A program made the translations under genes and the position numbers. The notes under the pieces were generated by a model. That model was given only the letters and a program-made list of their open reading frames with translations. It was not told the origin of the DNA and did not search any database. A stretch of DNA of 64,000 nucleotides from Basidiobolus meristosporus CBS 931.73. Its lineage: Eukaryota; Fungi; Basidiobolomycota. Shown piece after piece: positions 12,740 through 27,001 of this stretch (positions within the stretch are counted from its first letter, which is position 1; each line of letters opens with the position of its first letter). Location: NCBI GenBank assembly GCA_002104905.1, contig MCFE01000187.1, positions 73,614 through 137,613 of the forward strand, read 5' to 3'.

Positions 12740-13346
12740 TTTTGAAGTATCCTTGGCATTTTTCTCTATGAGCATAGTCTCAATGTACAATAGGACTTTG
12801 CTGGGCTCATACATAGTTCTATTGTCAGGGGAGATAGGCTCACAATCTATCAGTGAGGCTGCTTCTCAGAGCTATCACTCTACATGCCATATACAGAAGT
12901 CTGGGGTAATCCTAAATATGTCACCAGCTCACCTAACTTAGTTTGTGCAAGGTGACAAGTACAGACAGGTGCCATCAGAGAAGTATTAAGCGGCTGGCAA
13001 GATATTGTTGGTACAGCAGTGACTGGTGAGTGTTCAAGTATGATTTGTGTGGCAAAATACTGGCCAAGATCCTTGTAATACTTCCTATACTGCCTGCATG
13101 CTTCATGGCTGTAAGGCTTGCTACAATAGCCATAAGGCATTTTTTCTGTTCTCTTACAGTGTTGAATCAAAGTAGTCTGGTCCATGGGGCAAGCAGTTTG
13201 ACACTCCACAACCCAAAACTATTATATCATTTTCTGGTGTGTACTCAGACTAATTTAAGACAGTCTGGTATTTGAGGCATTGCACTTACATGAATGTAAG
13301 ATTCTGTGATGACCCACCATAGTAAGCCTTACAAACAAAGTTCAAG
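12740..13346 (-). pseudogene. CACTA transposase 5' fragment (probably the continuation of the 4664-6917 copy)
   Basis: MDQTTLIQHCKRTEKMPYGYCSKPYSHEACRQYRKYY is homologous to 9610-9888. Confidence 0.7.
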
Positions 13347-16300
13347 TGTTATGATCTGCTGCATGAATATTTAAGTGACATCAGTTTTTAATTATATCAA
13401 CTAGTTATTTGTTTAGGTTATCAGTAATATTGATCAAGTCAGTAACATTAGTCAGCAAATGAATCAGTAGATCCTTATCAGACAGAAACAGATATAATAG
13501 GTTGGATCTAATTGGGTGATGATGATGCACTCAAATGAGTCATCAGCCACAGCCTACATTAGGAAATGCAATTAGTCAGCAATTGATCTGGCAAAATGTA
13601 CATCAGGAGCTGCTGGAATCTCAATAAAGACCAGTTCAAGTTTTAGTGAATACAATACTAGCTAAACTCCCTATTCCTCTACAACTCTTATACCAAGACT
13701 TGTAACATTGGTAGCAGCAATAACCAGAAACATCCCTCCTGAAGTAAGAAGAAGCCTCCCTCAAGATGTCAAAAAATCATGAATGGAAGAATGCTATGCA
13801 ACAAATCCTGGCCCAGCAGCAACAGTTACTCCAGATCCTGAGCCAGCAGCAACAAGGAATGACTACCATGGCTCAAAGCCAGCAAAACCCTGTCAAGAGC
13901 AACTTTGGTGTGAAGGTCAACCGGTACCATGGTAGAGTCAATGAAAACCTGGGAACTTGGCTCTTCCAAATTGAAGAAGCTGTCAAGGCTAAGGGAATTG
14001 CTCCAGAAAGCAAGTTACATTATGCAGTCTCTTACCTGGCATATGCAGCTTTACAGTGGTACCACAACAAGATCAGGTCATCCACCATAATAGGATGCTC
14101 TACAATTTCTACCTGGGATGAGTTTGTGTTGGAAATTCAGGATGTCCTTGAGCCCCCACACCAACAGACACTACTAAGAAGAAAGTTGAGGACACTCAAA
14201 CGGAACGGAATGGTCCAAGTGTAAATCTATGAATATAGGTGTTTACTTGAACAAATTGAGAGAATGAACCCTCTGGATCAAGTTGAATACTTTATTGATG
14301 GGTTGAAAGAAAGAACTTGTAAGGAAGTGAATTATTGCAGACCTCAAACTATTAAAGAAGCCATCAAGATTGCCATCAACTATGATTCAGCTATGTTTGG
14401 AGCTGGGAAGCCCACAATTACTAATCAGAGAGGCTACAATCACTATGAAAGAAGACAATCAGAAGCTGTGCCAATGGAAATAGATGCTATGCAGGAGAAT
14501 CCTACCTCAGAAGAATGTAAGAAGAAAGGACTTTGCTTCAATTGCCACCAGCAAGGACATATTGCAAAGTACTGCCCTCAGAGAAGAAATGGACACCAGC
14601 CATCAAGAAGCTTTAACCATATTGAGGCCATGGGGCATAGTAACATGGAGGATGAACTTGAAGAAGATGCAGGACTCACCTTCCACATGACAGAAGAATA
14701 CCTATCCCAGATGGCCTCACACTCAGGAAAGCTATTATACTTGAATGGAGTAATCAATGGAGTACCTGCCCAGATCATGATTGACTCAGGAGCATTGCAT
14801 GAGTACTTGTCATAGCAATTTGCTCTGAAAACTGGAATCAGCTTGTAACCTACCAAATCAACTTCAGTCTCAACCGCTGATGGGAACTCTCACATAATTA
14901 ACCATATTACTCAGCCAGTAAGGATGAAGATCAATGACTATGAAGAAGATCTACAGGCCTATAAATTTGGGAACTGCAAGTTTGACCTTGTACTTGGGAA
15001 AACCTGGCTATTTTGTTGTAATCCATCAATCAATTGGAGAACCCATGTTACTCAGATCCAGAAGGACAACAAGACCTATGAGCTATTACCTGCCAGACTG
15101 GATTTTAGCTTGGTCAGTTTAAGTGTGTGTGAGACAAGTGAGCTTAGCAAGTCACAGTTGTGTAGAGCACTAAGAAAAGGCACTCAGATGCTCCTCATGG
15201 CAGTATTACAGGAGGATTCCTTGACTCCAGTACCCCAGAAGGGCCAGACTCTTTTGAAGGAGTATTCAGACATATTTCCAGAAGAGCTTGTAAGCCTATA
15301 ACCAGTCAGAGATGTGGATCACGCCATTGAAACAGGACATAGCCCTCCAGTGAGCAAGACACCTTACAGAATGAGTCCATTGGAGTTGGAAGAGATGAAG
15401 AGACAAATAGATCAGTTACTGGAGCACAGATATATCAGACCCAGCAAGTCACCTTGGGGAGCACCAGTACTTTTTGTGAAGAAGAAGGATGGAACACTTA
15501 GGATGTGAATTGACTACAGAGCCCTTAACTCAGTTACTGTGAAGAATTAGTACCCCATATTATAGATTGATGAGCTCTTGGACCAATTCAATGGAGCCAC
15601 TATTTTCAGCAAGATTGACCTCATGTCAGGATACAACCAGATTAGGGTGAAGCCAGAAGACATCCCTAAGACAGCATTCAGGAACAGATATGGACATTAT
15701 AAGTATTTGCCCCTGCAATATTCATGACCCTGATGCACACTGTCTTCCAGGAGTACCTAGACAAGTTTGTCATAATCTACCTATATGATATACTGATATA
15801 CAGCAAGACAGAAGAAAATCACTTGGTACACATTGAAAAGGTCTTGAAGAAGCTAAGAAAGAACAAGCTTTATGGCAAGCAACCCAAGTGTGAATTCATC
15901 AAGGAATACATTGAATATCTGGGACGCATAGTGACTAGCACAGCAGTAATCTTAGACCCTAAGAAGGTGGAAGTAGTCAAGAATCTGAAACAGCCCCATA
16001 ACATATCAGAACTCAGATCATTCCTTGGAATGGCTTCCTATTATTGGAGGTTTGTCAAGTCTTTTGCAAGTATTGCAGCCCCTTTAACTGATATCTTCAA
16101 GAAAGACAATACCTACAAGTGGGACATAGGTTGTGAGACTGCCTTCCAGATGCTCAAGAATGAACTTACTAAGCTGCCAAGCTTACAAATAAAAGACTTC
16201 AGAAAAGAGTTCACTCTGTGCACAGATGCTTCAGATTATGCAATTGGTGGAGTGTTGAGCAAAGAACACAAGGGAAAGGACTACCCTGTTGCCTTTGAAT

Positions 16301-18554
16301 CTAAGAAACTGAACTCAGCAGAACAAAATTATCCAGTCCATGAGAAGGAGATGCTTGCTATAATACACTGTTTGAAGGTATGGAGATGGTATATTGAAGG
16401 AGTCAAATGCACTGTGAAGACTAATTGTGCCTCCCTCAAGTATATATTTACTCAGAAGGTACTCTCCAGAAGAATGACAAGATGGAGTGAATACATTCAG
16501 CAACTTGACTTGGAGATTGTCTACAGCCCTGGAAGAAACAACACAGTAGCTGATGCCTTATCAAGATTAGATCAAGATGCACAACTCAACTTGGTGCATG
16601 AATCAGATTGGCCTAGCCTATTACCAAAATACTTGGAGGACCAAGCCATCCCTAATGAGGTGGATGAAGATATCAAGAAGATAATCCAGGATGAAGCCAG
16701 CAAATTTGTAATACCGGATGAAACACTCTACTAAATTGTTGATGGAAGCCCTGTTGCCTATTGCCCTTATGTTTCTTGCCTGGACTTAATACATAAGCTA
16801 CACAATGGATATGGAAATCTTGGAATTGAAGGAACCTATAGTCTTGTGAAAGCCAGAGCATGGTGGCCCAGAATGAAACAAGATATTGAGAAGCTAGTGA
16901 ATACATGCACAAATTGCCAAATCAACCAAGTCCAATCACAGAAAATTGCTGATCTCTTTCCCTTGGAGCCTGCATGACCATTTGAAAGATGGGGAATTGA
17001 CTTTATTGGAAGGCTGCCAACTACCAGGAAATGCAGCCACTGGATCCTAGTAGCAATTGATCGCGCTACAAAATGGCCAGTGGCTAAAGCTGTTTCTATA
17101 GCCAGTGAACAAGAAGTTGCAAGTTTCATCTACCAAGAGATCCTTATAAAGTTTGGATGCCCTGTTGTATCCAAGAGAAAGTGTAATAAAACTCTTGAAT
17201 GGTTTAACTGAACCAAAGGGACAATTAGGTGCAGAATCTTAGAATTGTCAGAGAGTGGCAGAAATATTAGCAGAAAGATTCTGATCTAATATTGGTGTTG
17301 GATATAGCTGGGTTGGCTATAAAGTCAATGATATTTGTTTGCTAGGCAGGCTAGGCTTGGTGTTCTTTGGAGTGCTAGATGTACTAGGCTTGGGTAGAAA
17401 CTAGAACGGAATTGTTGAATTCTTATTTTTGCTGAGACAGAATCTTAATTTTGTTGAGACACACACTAAACCAAAAGGTTCAGTAACCTTTATTTATACT
17501 TTTCTGATCATGTTGAATTAGTAAGCGCCAAGGGACTGGATTGATTGAAATCAATTTGGGTGTTCATAGGTGCATAAGATAAATGAAAATTACATCATCA
17601 ATCAACTGATGTCTTGGCAATTGCACAGTGGTTGGATAGATCTCAGATGACTAATCACCTGGGAAGGCTTGGCAGATTGGGTGATAACGTAATGACCATT
17701 TGAAAATAGATCAGGTGTGATAGCTAAAAATAGATTCTGAGGTGGGATAAAATCAACTGTAACTGGGATTTGTTATGTTTGGGTTAGGGAAAATCAGTTA
17801 GGGTACTGGATTTTCAAACAGAGTAAAATTGGCTAAGCTTTAAATGTTGATGCACAACATGCCCTGTAGAGATTCTATCCAATAGAGGTGCAAACTTTAT
17901 GGCAAAGACATTGGAAGCTTACCTGGAAATGCAGCAGATCAAATACTTGAAAACCTTGGCATATCACCCCAGAACTAATGGAGTCAGTGAGTGGTTTAAT
18001 GGATTATTTGGAAAAATGCTGACCAAGTATGCAAATGGAGTTGTCAGTAGATGGGATGAGTATATAGACGAAGCACTCTTTGCATGCAGAGTCAGAGTAC
18101 ACAACACCACCCAGCAATCGCCATTTTACGTAGTGTATGGATCTGAACCAAGGATTCCAGGATATCTCACACAACCAAAGCTTACAGACACCTTAGAAGA
18201 TGAACTCAGTCTGCCAAGTAGACACCAGCAACTGGAACAAAGACATCAAGAGGCACAGACCAAAGTATCTCAAAGTGCAGAAAAGATGAAGCAGAGATTT
18301 GATAATACTATAACACAAGAAGCATTGACAGTTGGGAACCTTGTATTGCTAAGAAACAACACTTGAAAGAAGTTTGAGCCACAATGGACAGGACCATTCA
18401 AGATCATCAGAGAATGTCCATTTGCAACTTACCTACTAGTAGACAAACAAGGCAATATCCAGGAAGACTTAGTGCATAGGGACAGGCTCAAGCTTGCAAG
18501 ACATGCTGATTATACTGAACCATCAAAATATTGATATCACAAGAAAAGAAATTC
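13347..18554 (+). mobile_element. Decayed Ty3/Gypsy element, family A (5' LTR 13347-13707, PBS, broken gag-pol); 3' LTR missing
   Basis: Colinear with the intact copy at 20406-25343. Multiple stops and frameshifts. ORF pieces 13766-14224, 14264-14815, 14924-15508, 15724-16734, 17899-18366. Confidence 0.95.
17163..17859 (-). mobile_element. Solo LTR (697 bp, separate family) inserted in the integrase of the decayed Gypsy A
   Basis: TGTTGT...ACAACA termini. 5-bp TSD TGCCC at 17158-62 and 17860-64; integrase resumes exactly. tataaataaa on the minus strand suggests orientation. Confidence 0.85.
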
Positions 18555-19117
18555 AAGACTTTTGACATTGGTAGCAGTAACAACAATAATGCTTGCTCCA
18601 GAAGAAAGAATAAGGCTCACTCACAATGCTAGAAATCAAAAATGGAAAAATGCTGTGTGGCAAATTTTGTCACAACAATAACAATTACTACAGATCCTCA
18701 GCCAACTGCAACCAGGAATGACATCTTTGCTGAGAACAGGCAAAGCTCTTTCAAGAGCAACCTTAGTGCCAAGGCCAACTGGTATCAAGGTAGAGTCAGT
18801 GAAAACCAGGGAACTTGTCTTGTCCAAAGTTAAGAAGCTTTTGTGGCAAAAGTAATTGTCCCAGAAGGCTAGTTGCCTCTTGCAGCTTCATACTTGGTGC
18901 AAGTTGCTTAATAGTAGTGCAACAACAAGGTCAGTTCAGCCCATATGATGAAATGCCTTATTATCTCTACCCAGGATGAGCTTGTGTTGGAAATTCAGGT
19001 TGCTTTTAAGTCTTCACATAAGAAAGCACTACTCAGGAGGAGGCAAAAATCACTCAGACAAAAAGAAATGGATCATAAATACATCAATGAGTATATATCT
19101 TTTTGAACAAATTGAAA
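18555..19117 (+). pseudogene. Older family-A remnant: 13-bp LTR end, PBS and diverged gag; continues at 31102-31260
   Basis: aagacttttgaca-ttggtagcag, then gag-homologous sequence. Split by the CACTA element 19118-31101. Confidence 0.8.
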
Positions 19118-20405
19118 CCCTATGCAAGCTACTATGAACATCCCATCAAAAGGATGTCATAAATTTAAAGTCCCATGATGTAATGATTCCATCAGGAGAC
19201 CATACAAAGACTGTCAAAAAATAACTGCACCCCAGATTTCACAAAAAACATAGTCAAGATTTTTCATCATAACAATACATAAGTGACTTTTGATTGGTTC
19301 TCTGCCAATATTATCACTTTCTAATCCTGAACACTTTATTACCTCCTGCATTTGTGTGCATTGATTTGCTGTTGCCTCTTTTCCACACTTGTTACTTCCT
19401 GACTTGACTGTTTTTTTTACTTTTTATGCATATAACATGATTTTTTCTGTCAAGGCTTCAGTTGTACCTCAATTGCCAACTGTAATGACCTATACAAGTC
19501 TCTATACCCTACACTAACATTAAGCCCAACACCACACTCAACAAGTCCATCTATTAATAACCACCATTCAATAAGTATTTCTGCTTTGACACTCTGGTTC
19601 CATAACCTTGGCAGGAGCCCTATGGCTTTATGCCACTGTTCATTCACTGGTTTCCATACATCCTGGTATTCAACTGGCACTGCAAGGTCTAACACCTGAT
19701 CTGCAGGTCTTTGCAATAAATCCTTGCAATATCTTGGAGAATTCTGTTGATCACTGCTCTTGTAGACCTTATGGCTCTGCTTGTAGTGGGCTCTTGTGGA
19801 AGCCACTGGGTTTTAGCTGATGCACCACTGTTCCTCTGCCTTTGATAGTTTCTGCTATTCTTGAGATACTTTCTTAGCACACCAAAGCTGTCCCCAAATC
19901 TCTTGGCTCTTTTGAGTCCAGGATAATGCTCATGGAACAGTTCCAATGTTTGGTCTTGAGTTCCTGATGGTCCCATGGTATGCTGGCCTTAAGGTGATGG
20001 TGTGCTAGACTTCTGACAGCTTCTTTTATATTTGCCCACTCATCTATTGGCCTTGTGAATATCTACCCACTCTTCATCATTGGACTCATTAGCTTCACAG
20101 ATATTCAAAGTCTTTGGATTTTTAAGCTTGAGCATAAATACTGCATCTTCTCTCTCCTATGCTGTGATAACTTTTTCTGTGAGCCTCATCTTTGAGCACT
20201 TTTGTTATGTTTCAAAGAGTGTACAACATTTTACTGCTGTAGCATCAGGAAAAGTCATAGTTATTGTCTGTGACATTGAGCAACTTGAGCACCTTCTCAG
20301 CAGCAAAGATACTGCTTTCTCTACCTTGGATATTAATTACTCTACACCTCTCATCTGCCAAAGTTCTTTTTGTTGTAGTTCCTAATCTCTCTGGGCTGTT
20401 GCCTC

Positions 20406-20773
20406 TGTTATGATCTGCCGCTTGAATGTTTAAGTTAGATCAGTTTTTAGTCAAATCAGTTAGTATATGTTTAGGTTATCAGTACATCAGTATTATCTAT
20501 GAAATCAGTAGCATTAGTCAGCAAATGAATCAGCAGATCCTTATCAGACAGAAATAGATATATTAAGTAGGATCTTATTGGGTGATGATGATGCAATCAA
20601 ATGAGTCATCAGCCACAACCTACATTAGGAAATACAATTAGTCAGCAATTGATCTGGCAAAATGTATATAAGGAGCTGCTGGAACCTCAATAAAAATCAG
20701 TTCAAGTTTTAGTGAATACAATACTAGCTAAACTCCCTATTCCTCTACAACTCTTATACCAAGACTTGTAACA
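20406..20773 (+). repeat. 5' LTR, family A
   Basis: TGTTATG...TGTAACA; contains tatataag and aataaa. Confidence 0.97.
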
Positions 20774-20774
20774 T

Positions 20775-20785
20775 TGGTAGCAGCG
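20775..20785 (+). promoter_or_regulatory. Primer-binding site, initiator tRNA-Met type
   Basis: TGGTAGCAGCG, one base after the LTR; TGGTAGC is the Ty1/Ty3-type iMet PBS core. Confidence 0.8.
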
Positions 20786-20831
20786 ATAACCAGAAACCTC
20801 CCTCCTGAAGAAAGAAGAAACCACCCTCAAG

Positions 20832-23800
20832 ATGTCGGACAATCAAGAATGGAAGAATGCCATGCAGCAAATCCTGGCCCAACAGCAACAGCTACTCCAG
20901 ATCCTCAGCCAACAGCAACAAGGAATGACTACCATGGCTCAGAGCCAGCAAAGCCCTATCAAGAGCAACTTTAGTGTGAAGGTCAACCGGTACCATGGCA
21001 GAGTCAATGAAAACCTGGGAACTTGGCTCTTTCAGATTGAAGAAGCTTTTAAAGCTAAAGGAATTGCTCCAGAGAGCAAGTTGCATTATGCAGCTTCTTA
21101 CCTGGCAGATGCAGCTTTACAGTGGTACCACAACAAGATCAGGTCAGCTACTATGATGGGATGCTCTACAATCTCTACCTGGGATGAGTTTGTGTCGGAA
21201 ATTCAGGATGCTTTTGAACCTCCACACCAGCAGACACTACTAAGAAGGAAGTTAAAGACACTCAGACAGAAAGGATTGGTGCAAGAATACATCTATGAGT
21301 ACAGATGTCTACTTGGACAAATTGAAAGAATGGACCCCTTGGATCAAGTTGAATACTTTATTGATGGGTTGAAAGAAAGAACTCGCAAGGAAGTTAATTA
21401 CCGAAGACCTCAGACTATTGAAGAAGCCATCAAGATTGCCATTGACTATGACTCAGCTATGTTTGGAGTTGGGAAGCCTACAGTGACTAGTCAGAAAGGC
21501 TATAATCATTATGAAAGAAGACAATCAGAAGCAGTACCAATGGAAATAGACGCTATGCAGAAGAATCCCTCCTCAGAAGAATGCAAGAAGAGAGGACTTT
21601 GCTTCAATTGCCACCAGCAGGGACATATTGCAAAGTACTGCCCTCAGAGAAGAAATGGACACCAGCCAACAAGAACCTTCAACCATATTGAATCCCATGA
21701 ACACAATAATGAGGAAGATGAGCTTGAAGAAGACTCGGAACTCACCTTCCATATGACAGAAGAGTACTTGTCCCAAATGACTTCAAACTCAGGGAAGTTA
21801 TTGTACCTGAATGGAGCAATCAATGGAGTACCTGCCAAGATCATGATTGACTCAGGAGCATCGCATGAGTACATGTCAGAGCAATTTGCTTTGAAAGCTG
21901 GAATCAACTCGGAACCTACCAAATCAACTTCAGTCTCCACAGCTGATGGGAACTCCCACATAATCAACCGTATTACCCAGCCAGTAAGAATGAAGATCAA
22001 TGACTATGAAGAAGACCTACAGGCTTATATATTTGGGAACTGCAAGTTTGACCTTGTACTTGGGAAAACCTGGCTATTTTGTTGTAATCCATCAATCAAC
22101 TGGAGAACCCATGCTACTCAGATCCAAAAAGACAACAAGACCTATGAGCTATTACCTGCCAGGCTGGATTTCAACTTGGTCAATTCCAGTGTGTGTGAGA
22201 CAAGTGAACTTAGCAAGACCCAGTTCTGTAGAGCACTTAGAAAAGGTACCCAGATGTTCCTCATGGCGGTATTACAGGAGGATTCCTCTATCCCAGCACC
22301 CCAGCAGGTCCAGACTCTCTTGAAGAAATATTCAGACGTGTTTCCAGATGAGCTTGTAAGCCTACCACCAGTCAGAGACGTGGATCATGCCATTGACACA
22401 GGAGATAGCCCTCCAGTGAGCAAGACACCTTACAGAATGAGTCCATTGGAATTGGAGGAAATGAAGAAACAAATTGATCAGCTATTGGAGCAAGGATACA
22501 TCAGGCCCAGCAAGTCACCTTGGGGAGCACCAGTGCTTTTTGTGAAAAAGAAGGATGGAACACTTAGGATGTGCATTGACTACAGAGCCCTGAACTCAGT
22601 TACCGTCAAGAATAAGTACCCCATACCTCGGATTGATGAGCTTTTGGACCAACTTAATGGAGCCACTATTTTCAGCAAGATTGACCTCATGTCAGGATAC
22701 AACCAGATTAGGGTGAAACCAGAAGATATCCCTAAGACAGCATTCAGGACCAGATATGGACATTACGAGTACTTAGTCATGAGTTTTGGCCTCACTAATG
22801 CCCCTGCAACATTCATCACGCTGATGCAGACTGTCTTTCAGGAGTACTTAGACAAGTTTGTGATAATCTACCTGGATGACATATTGATATACAGCAAGAC
22901 AGAAAAGGATCACATGGTGCACATTGAAAAGGTCTTGAAGAAACTAAGAGAGAACAAGCTATACGGCAAGCTAGCCAAGTGTGAATTCTTCAAGGAACAC
23001 GTAGAATATCTGGGACACATAGTGACTAGCACAGGAGTAACCTTAGACCCCAAGAAGGTGGAAGTAATCAAGAATTTGAAGCAGCCCCATAGCATATCAG
23101 AACTCAGATCCTTCCTTGGAATGGTTTCCTATTATCGGAGATTTGTCAAGTCATTTGCAAGTATTGCAGCCCCTTTAACTGATATCCTCAAGAAAGACAA
23201 TACCTACAAGTGGGACATAGCTTGTGAGACTGCCTTCCAGACACTAAAGAATGAACTTGCTAAGCTGCCAAGCTTAAGAATACCAGACTTCAGAAAAGAG
23301 TTCACTCTGTGCACAGATGCTTCAGATTATGCAATTGGTGGAGTGCTGAGCCAAGAACACGAGGGAAAGGACTACCCTGTTGCCTTTGAATCCAAGAAAC
23401 TGAACTCAGCAGAACAAAACTATCCAGTTCATGAGAAGGAGATGCTTGCTATAATACACTGTTTGAAGACATGGAGATGCTATATTGAAGGAGTCAAATG
23501 CACTGTGAAGACTGATCATGCCTCCCTCAAGTATATATTTACTCAGAAGGTACTCTCTAGAAGAATGACAAGATGGAGTGAATACATTCAGCAATTTGAC
23601 CTGGAGATTGTCTACTGTCCTGGAAAAAACAACACGGTTGCTGATGCCTTATCAAGATTAGATCAAGTTGCACAACTCAACTTGGTGCATGAATCAGATT
23701 GGCCTAGCCTATTACCAAAGTACTTGGAGGACCAAGCCATTCCTAATGAGGTGGATGAAGATATCAAGAAGATAATCCGTGATGAGGCCAGCAAATTTGT

Positions 23801-24965
23801 TGTACAGAATGAAACACTCTACCGAATTGTTGATGGAAGCCCTATTGCCTATTGTCCTTATGTTGCTCGCCTGGATTTAATACATAAGCTACACAATGGA
23901 TATGGACATCTTGGGATTGAAGGAACCTATAGCCTTGTAAAAGCCAGAGCATGGTGGCCCAGAATGAAACAAGACATTGAGAAGCTAGTAAAAACATGCC
24001 CAAACTGCCAAATCAATCAAGGCCAGCCACAAAGAATTGCCGAACTCTTCCCTTTGGAGCCTGTAAGACCATTTGAGAGATGGGGAATTGACTTTATTGG
24101 AAGACTGCCAACTACCAGGAAATGCAACCGTTGGATCCTAGTAGCAATTGACCATGCCACTAAATGGCCAGTTGCTAAAGCTGTACCAATAGCCAGTGAA
24201 CAAGAAGTTGCAAGTTTCATTTACCATGAGATCCTGATGAAGTTTGGATGCCCTGTGGAGATCTTATCCGATAGAGGTGCAAACTTTATGGCAAAGACAT
24301 TAGAGGCTTACCTGGAAATGCAGCAGATCAGACACTTGAAAACCTCGGCATATCACCCCAGAACTAATGGAGTCACTGAGCGGTTTAATGGATTATTTGG
24401 AAAAATGCTGACCAAGTATGCAAATGGAGTTGTCAGTAGATGGGATGAGTATATAGACCAAGCACTCTTTGCATGCAGAGTCAGAGTACACAACACCACC
24501 CAGCAATCACCATTTTACTTAGTTTATGGATGTGAACCAAGGATTCCAGGAGATCTCACACAACCAAAGCTTACAGACACCTTAGAAGATGAACTCAGTC
24601 AGCCAAGTAGACACCAGCAACTGGAACAAAGACGTCAAGAGGCACAGACCAAAGTATCTCAAAGTGCAGAAAAGATGAAGCAGAGATTTGATAAGACTAT
24701 AGCACCAGAAGCATTGACAGTTGGGAACTTTGTATTGCTAAGAAACAACACTCGGAAGAAGTTTGAGCCACAATGGACAGGACCATTCAAGATCATCAGA
24801 GAATGTCCATTTGCAACTTACCAACTGGTGGACAAACAAGGCAATATCCGGGAAGACTTAGTGCATAGGGACAGACTCAAGCTTGCAAGACTTGCTGATA
24901 ATACTGAACCATCAAGATATTGGTATCACAAGAAAAGAGATTCAGGAGAACTCTCTCAACTTTAG
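20832..24965 (+). CDS. Gag-Pol polyprotein (Gag, CCHC knuckle, protease, RT, RNase H, integrase); single ORF, no chromodomain
   Basis: Motifs [63 protein letters not shown]. Ends shortly after WTGPFKI..HRDRLK. Confidence 0.97.
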   Translation: MSDNQEWKNAMQQILAQQQQLLQILSQQQQGMTTMAQSQQSPIKSNFSVKVNRYHGRVNENLGTWLFQIEEAFKAKGIAPESKLHYAASYLADAALQWYHNKIRSATMMGCSTISTWDEFVSEIQDAFEPPHQQTLLRRKLKTLRQKGLVQEYIYEYRCLLGQIERMDPLDQVEYFIDGLKERTRKEVNYRRPQTIEEAIKIAIDYDSAMFGVGKPTVTSQKGYNHYERRQSEAVPMEIDAMQKNPSSEECKKRGLCFNCHQQGHIAKYCPQRRNGHQPTRTFNHIESHEHNNEEDELEEDSELTFHMTEEYLSQMTSNSGKLLYLNGAINGVPAKIMIDSGASHEYMSEQFALKAGINSEPTKSTSVSTADGNSHIINRITQPVRMKINDYEEDLQAYIFGNCKFDLVLGKTWLFCCNPSINWRTHATQIQKDNKTYELLPARLDFNLVNSSVCETSELSKTQFCRALRKGTQMFLMAVLQEDSSIPAPQQVQTLLKKYSDVFPDELVSLPPVRDVDHAIDTGDSPPVSKTPYRMSPLELEEMKKQIDQLLEQGYIRPSKSPWGAPVLFVKKKDGTLRMCIDYRALNSVTVKNKYPIPRIDELLDQLNGATIFSKIDLMSGYNQIRVKPEDIPKTAFRTRYGHYEYLVMSFGLTNAPATFITLMQTVFQEYLDKFVIIYLDDILIYSKTEKDHMVHIEKVLKKLRENKLYGKLAKCEFFKEHVEYLGHIVTSTGVTLDPKKVEVIKNLKQPHSISELRSFLGMVSYYRRFVKSFASIAAPLTDILKKDNTYKWDIACETAFQTLKNELAKLPSLRIPDFRKEFTLCTDASDYAIGGVLSQEHEGKDYPVAFESKKLNSAEQNYPVHEKEMLAIIHCLKTWRCYIEGVKCTVKTDHASLKYIFTQKVLSRRMTRWSEYIQQFDLEIVYCPGKNNTVADALSRLDQVAQLNLVHESDWPSLLPKYLEDQAIPNEVDEDIKKIIRDEASKFVVQNETLYRIVDGSPIAYCPYVARLDLIHKLHNGYGHLGIEGTYSLVKARAWWPRMKQDIEKLVKTCPNCQINQGQPQRIAELFPLEPVRPFERWGIDFIGRLPTTRKCNRWILVAIDHATKWPVAKAVPIASEQEVASFIYHEILMKFGCPVEILSDRGANFMAKTLEAYLEMQQIRHLKTSAYHPRTNGVTERFNGLFGKMLTKYANGVVSRWDEYIDQALFACRVRVHNTTQQSPFYLVYGCEPRIPGDLTQPKLTDTLEDELSQPSRHQQLEQRRQEAQTKVSQSAEKMKQRFDKTIAPEALTVGNFVLLRNNTRKKFEPQWTGPFKIIRECPFATYQLVDKQGNIREDLVHRDRLKLARLADNTEPSRYWYHKKRDSGELSQL

Positions 24966-24975
24966 TAGGGGAGAA
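24964..24975 (+). promoter_or_regulatory. Polypurine tract
   Basis: agtaggggagaa immediately before the 3' LTR. Confidence 0.85.
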
Positions 24976-25343
24976 TGTTATGATCTGCCGCTTGAATGTT
25001 TAAGTTAGATCAGTTTTTAGTCAAATCAGTTAGTATATGTTTAGGTTATCAGTACATCAGTATTATCTATGAAATCAGTAGCATTAGTCAGCAAATGAAT
25101 CAGCAGATCCTTATCAGACAGAAATAGATATATTAAGTAGGATCTTATTGGGTGATGATGATGCAATCAAATGAGTCATCAGCCACAACCTACATTAGGA
25201 AATACAATTAGTCAGCAATTGATCTGGCAAAATGTATATAAGGAGCTGCTGGAACCTCAATAAAAATCAGTTCAAGTTTTAGTGAATACAATACTAGCTA
25301 AACTCCCTATTCCTCTACAACTCTTATACCAAGACTTGTAACA
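24976..25343 (+). repeat. 3' LTR, family A
   Basis: Identical to 20406-20773. Confidence 0.97.
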
Positions 25344-25938
25344 CCTCTACACTATCAGCCACTGCACCTCTATACCTCATTGATGATTTGTTATGAGCTG
25401 ACAACTTATTCACTAATGCAGGTGGTGGTGAAGTTACACCAGCCACCTACTGGTCTTCAGCTGAAGGTACTGCTTTTGCTACCTTCCCATCTGCCTCAGC
25501 AAGATAGTCAGCTTCTGGCTCCACAGGGATTCTCAATTGCCTACTAGACTGAGAGTCCAAGGAGTCTGAACTACTACCTCCAGTGGGCACACTGGCCACA
25601 GAGCCTTTTTTGATTGTAGCCCTGCTTGTTACACTGAGTGTCAAAGCAAGCTGTTGTCCAACTGTTCTTCTGCTTATCTCAGCTGTGGTGTTTAGCTGCA
25701 AACCAGACAACTTTGCTTTATTTTTTGGCAGCATGTATATGGAAGTAAGTCAAACCAAAGGGGAAATAGAGTTGCATATACATGCATATTTGATACCACA
25801 ACCTTATTGATAATGCTTACTATGGCAGGTTGTCATTAAAGTTTACAATCATGTAGGTGCAATGTCTTAAACACAAGACTCTCTTAAACTTACATGAGTA
25901 GTGGCAATTACAGCAAGCCTCTCAGCAACAGAGCATGC

Positions 25939-27001
25939 TGTAGTGTGGTCACAGCAACACCCACCAACAGATGTGATCATTCCTATATTTTCAACTTCCC
26001 TGTTTCTCTACTACACATATTTTAGTTTGATCCAATTTGTCTTACCTGATCAGTACTATCCCATAAGCTGGTTTACTATCATACCTGCATACCTTATTGC
26101 ATAAGTTATCCCCCACTTTCTGTGAGATTACTAGCAGTAAATGCTTCTATATTAGGTAGGTACCCGCGCCAGTAACTTAGACACATGATCTACCTGTGTC
26201 ACCATCTCTACCATTTCAATACCATATATGATATACCCTTGTTACACAGGTTTCAGAGCACCAATTCTGATTGGTTGGATGTGCTGTGCCACTTACAACC
26301 TTCCAGCATCTACTGAGAATACTCTTAGCTCATTCTGATATCATTAAGATTTCTATTGATCTCTGTAGCCTTCTGAAACACCATGATTAGTAGTCACTTA
26401 GCCAGTGAGAAAATTATATCAGAGAGGCAATCCCTCAATAATAAATCATCTTCCCTTGTATCAGTATACCAACTTGTTAATTAGTGTGATCTCTGTTACC
26501 TGCTGCTACCTAAACTTCCAGCCACAGGACACTCCCAGGAAACCATGCAGACAGCCAACTGAGCTTGGAGGCACCACTTGTGAGGAATACTCAAAGTAGG
26601 TATCTTTTATTTTATTTGATTCTTACTCAAGCTTGTTCTTGTACAGGCAAAGATACTTTTCTGTCTTTGTAACTGTTGACCACAGCTGCATTCTTATCAG
26701 GTCCCTGCTGGTGGAGTTTACAGTTGTTTTGACTTTGGAAGCTTTAGTGCATTCTCATCTCAAAGGATGCTGAGCCCAGCACATACTTTTGTTAAGATGC
26801 CAACTAAGTTGGGGATTGTAGCTCAATAGTTTTCCCTTGACAAGCTTGTGGCTTTATTCCCCGTCACATTAGACTAGAGACAGAGCCCAAGTATTCCTAG
26901 CAAGCTTTTGCTAGATGTTATTGCACCCATTGAACACCCCACACACAAAATACTTGAGAAGCATTGGATGTATCTCTCCCTTGGACTTATACATCACCAC
27001 A
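25939..27001 (+). mobile_element. Solo LTR, family B
   Basis: TGTAGTG...CACCACA. TSD ATGC/ACAC. Inserted in a CACTA transposase. Confidence 0.9.

Larger units (their letters stand above)
20406..25343 (+). mobile_element. Intact Ty3/Gypsy LTR retrotransposon, family A
   Basis: Two 368-bp TG...CA LTRs, identical by eye. 4-bp TSD CCTC (20402-05, 25344-47). PBS, PPT and an uninterrupted gag-pol are present. Confidence 0.98.
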
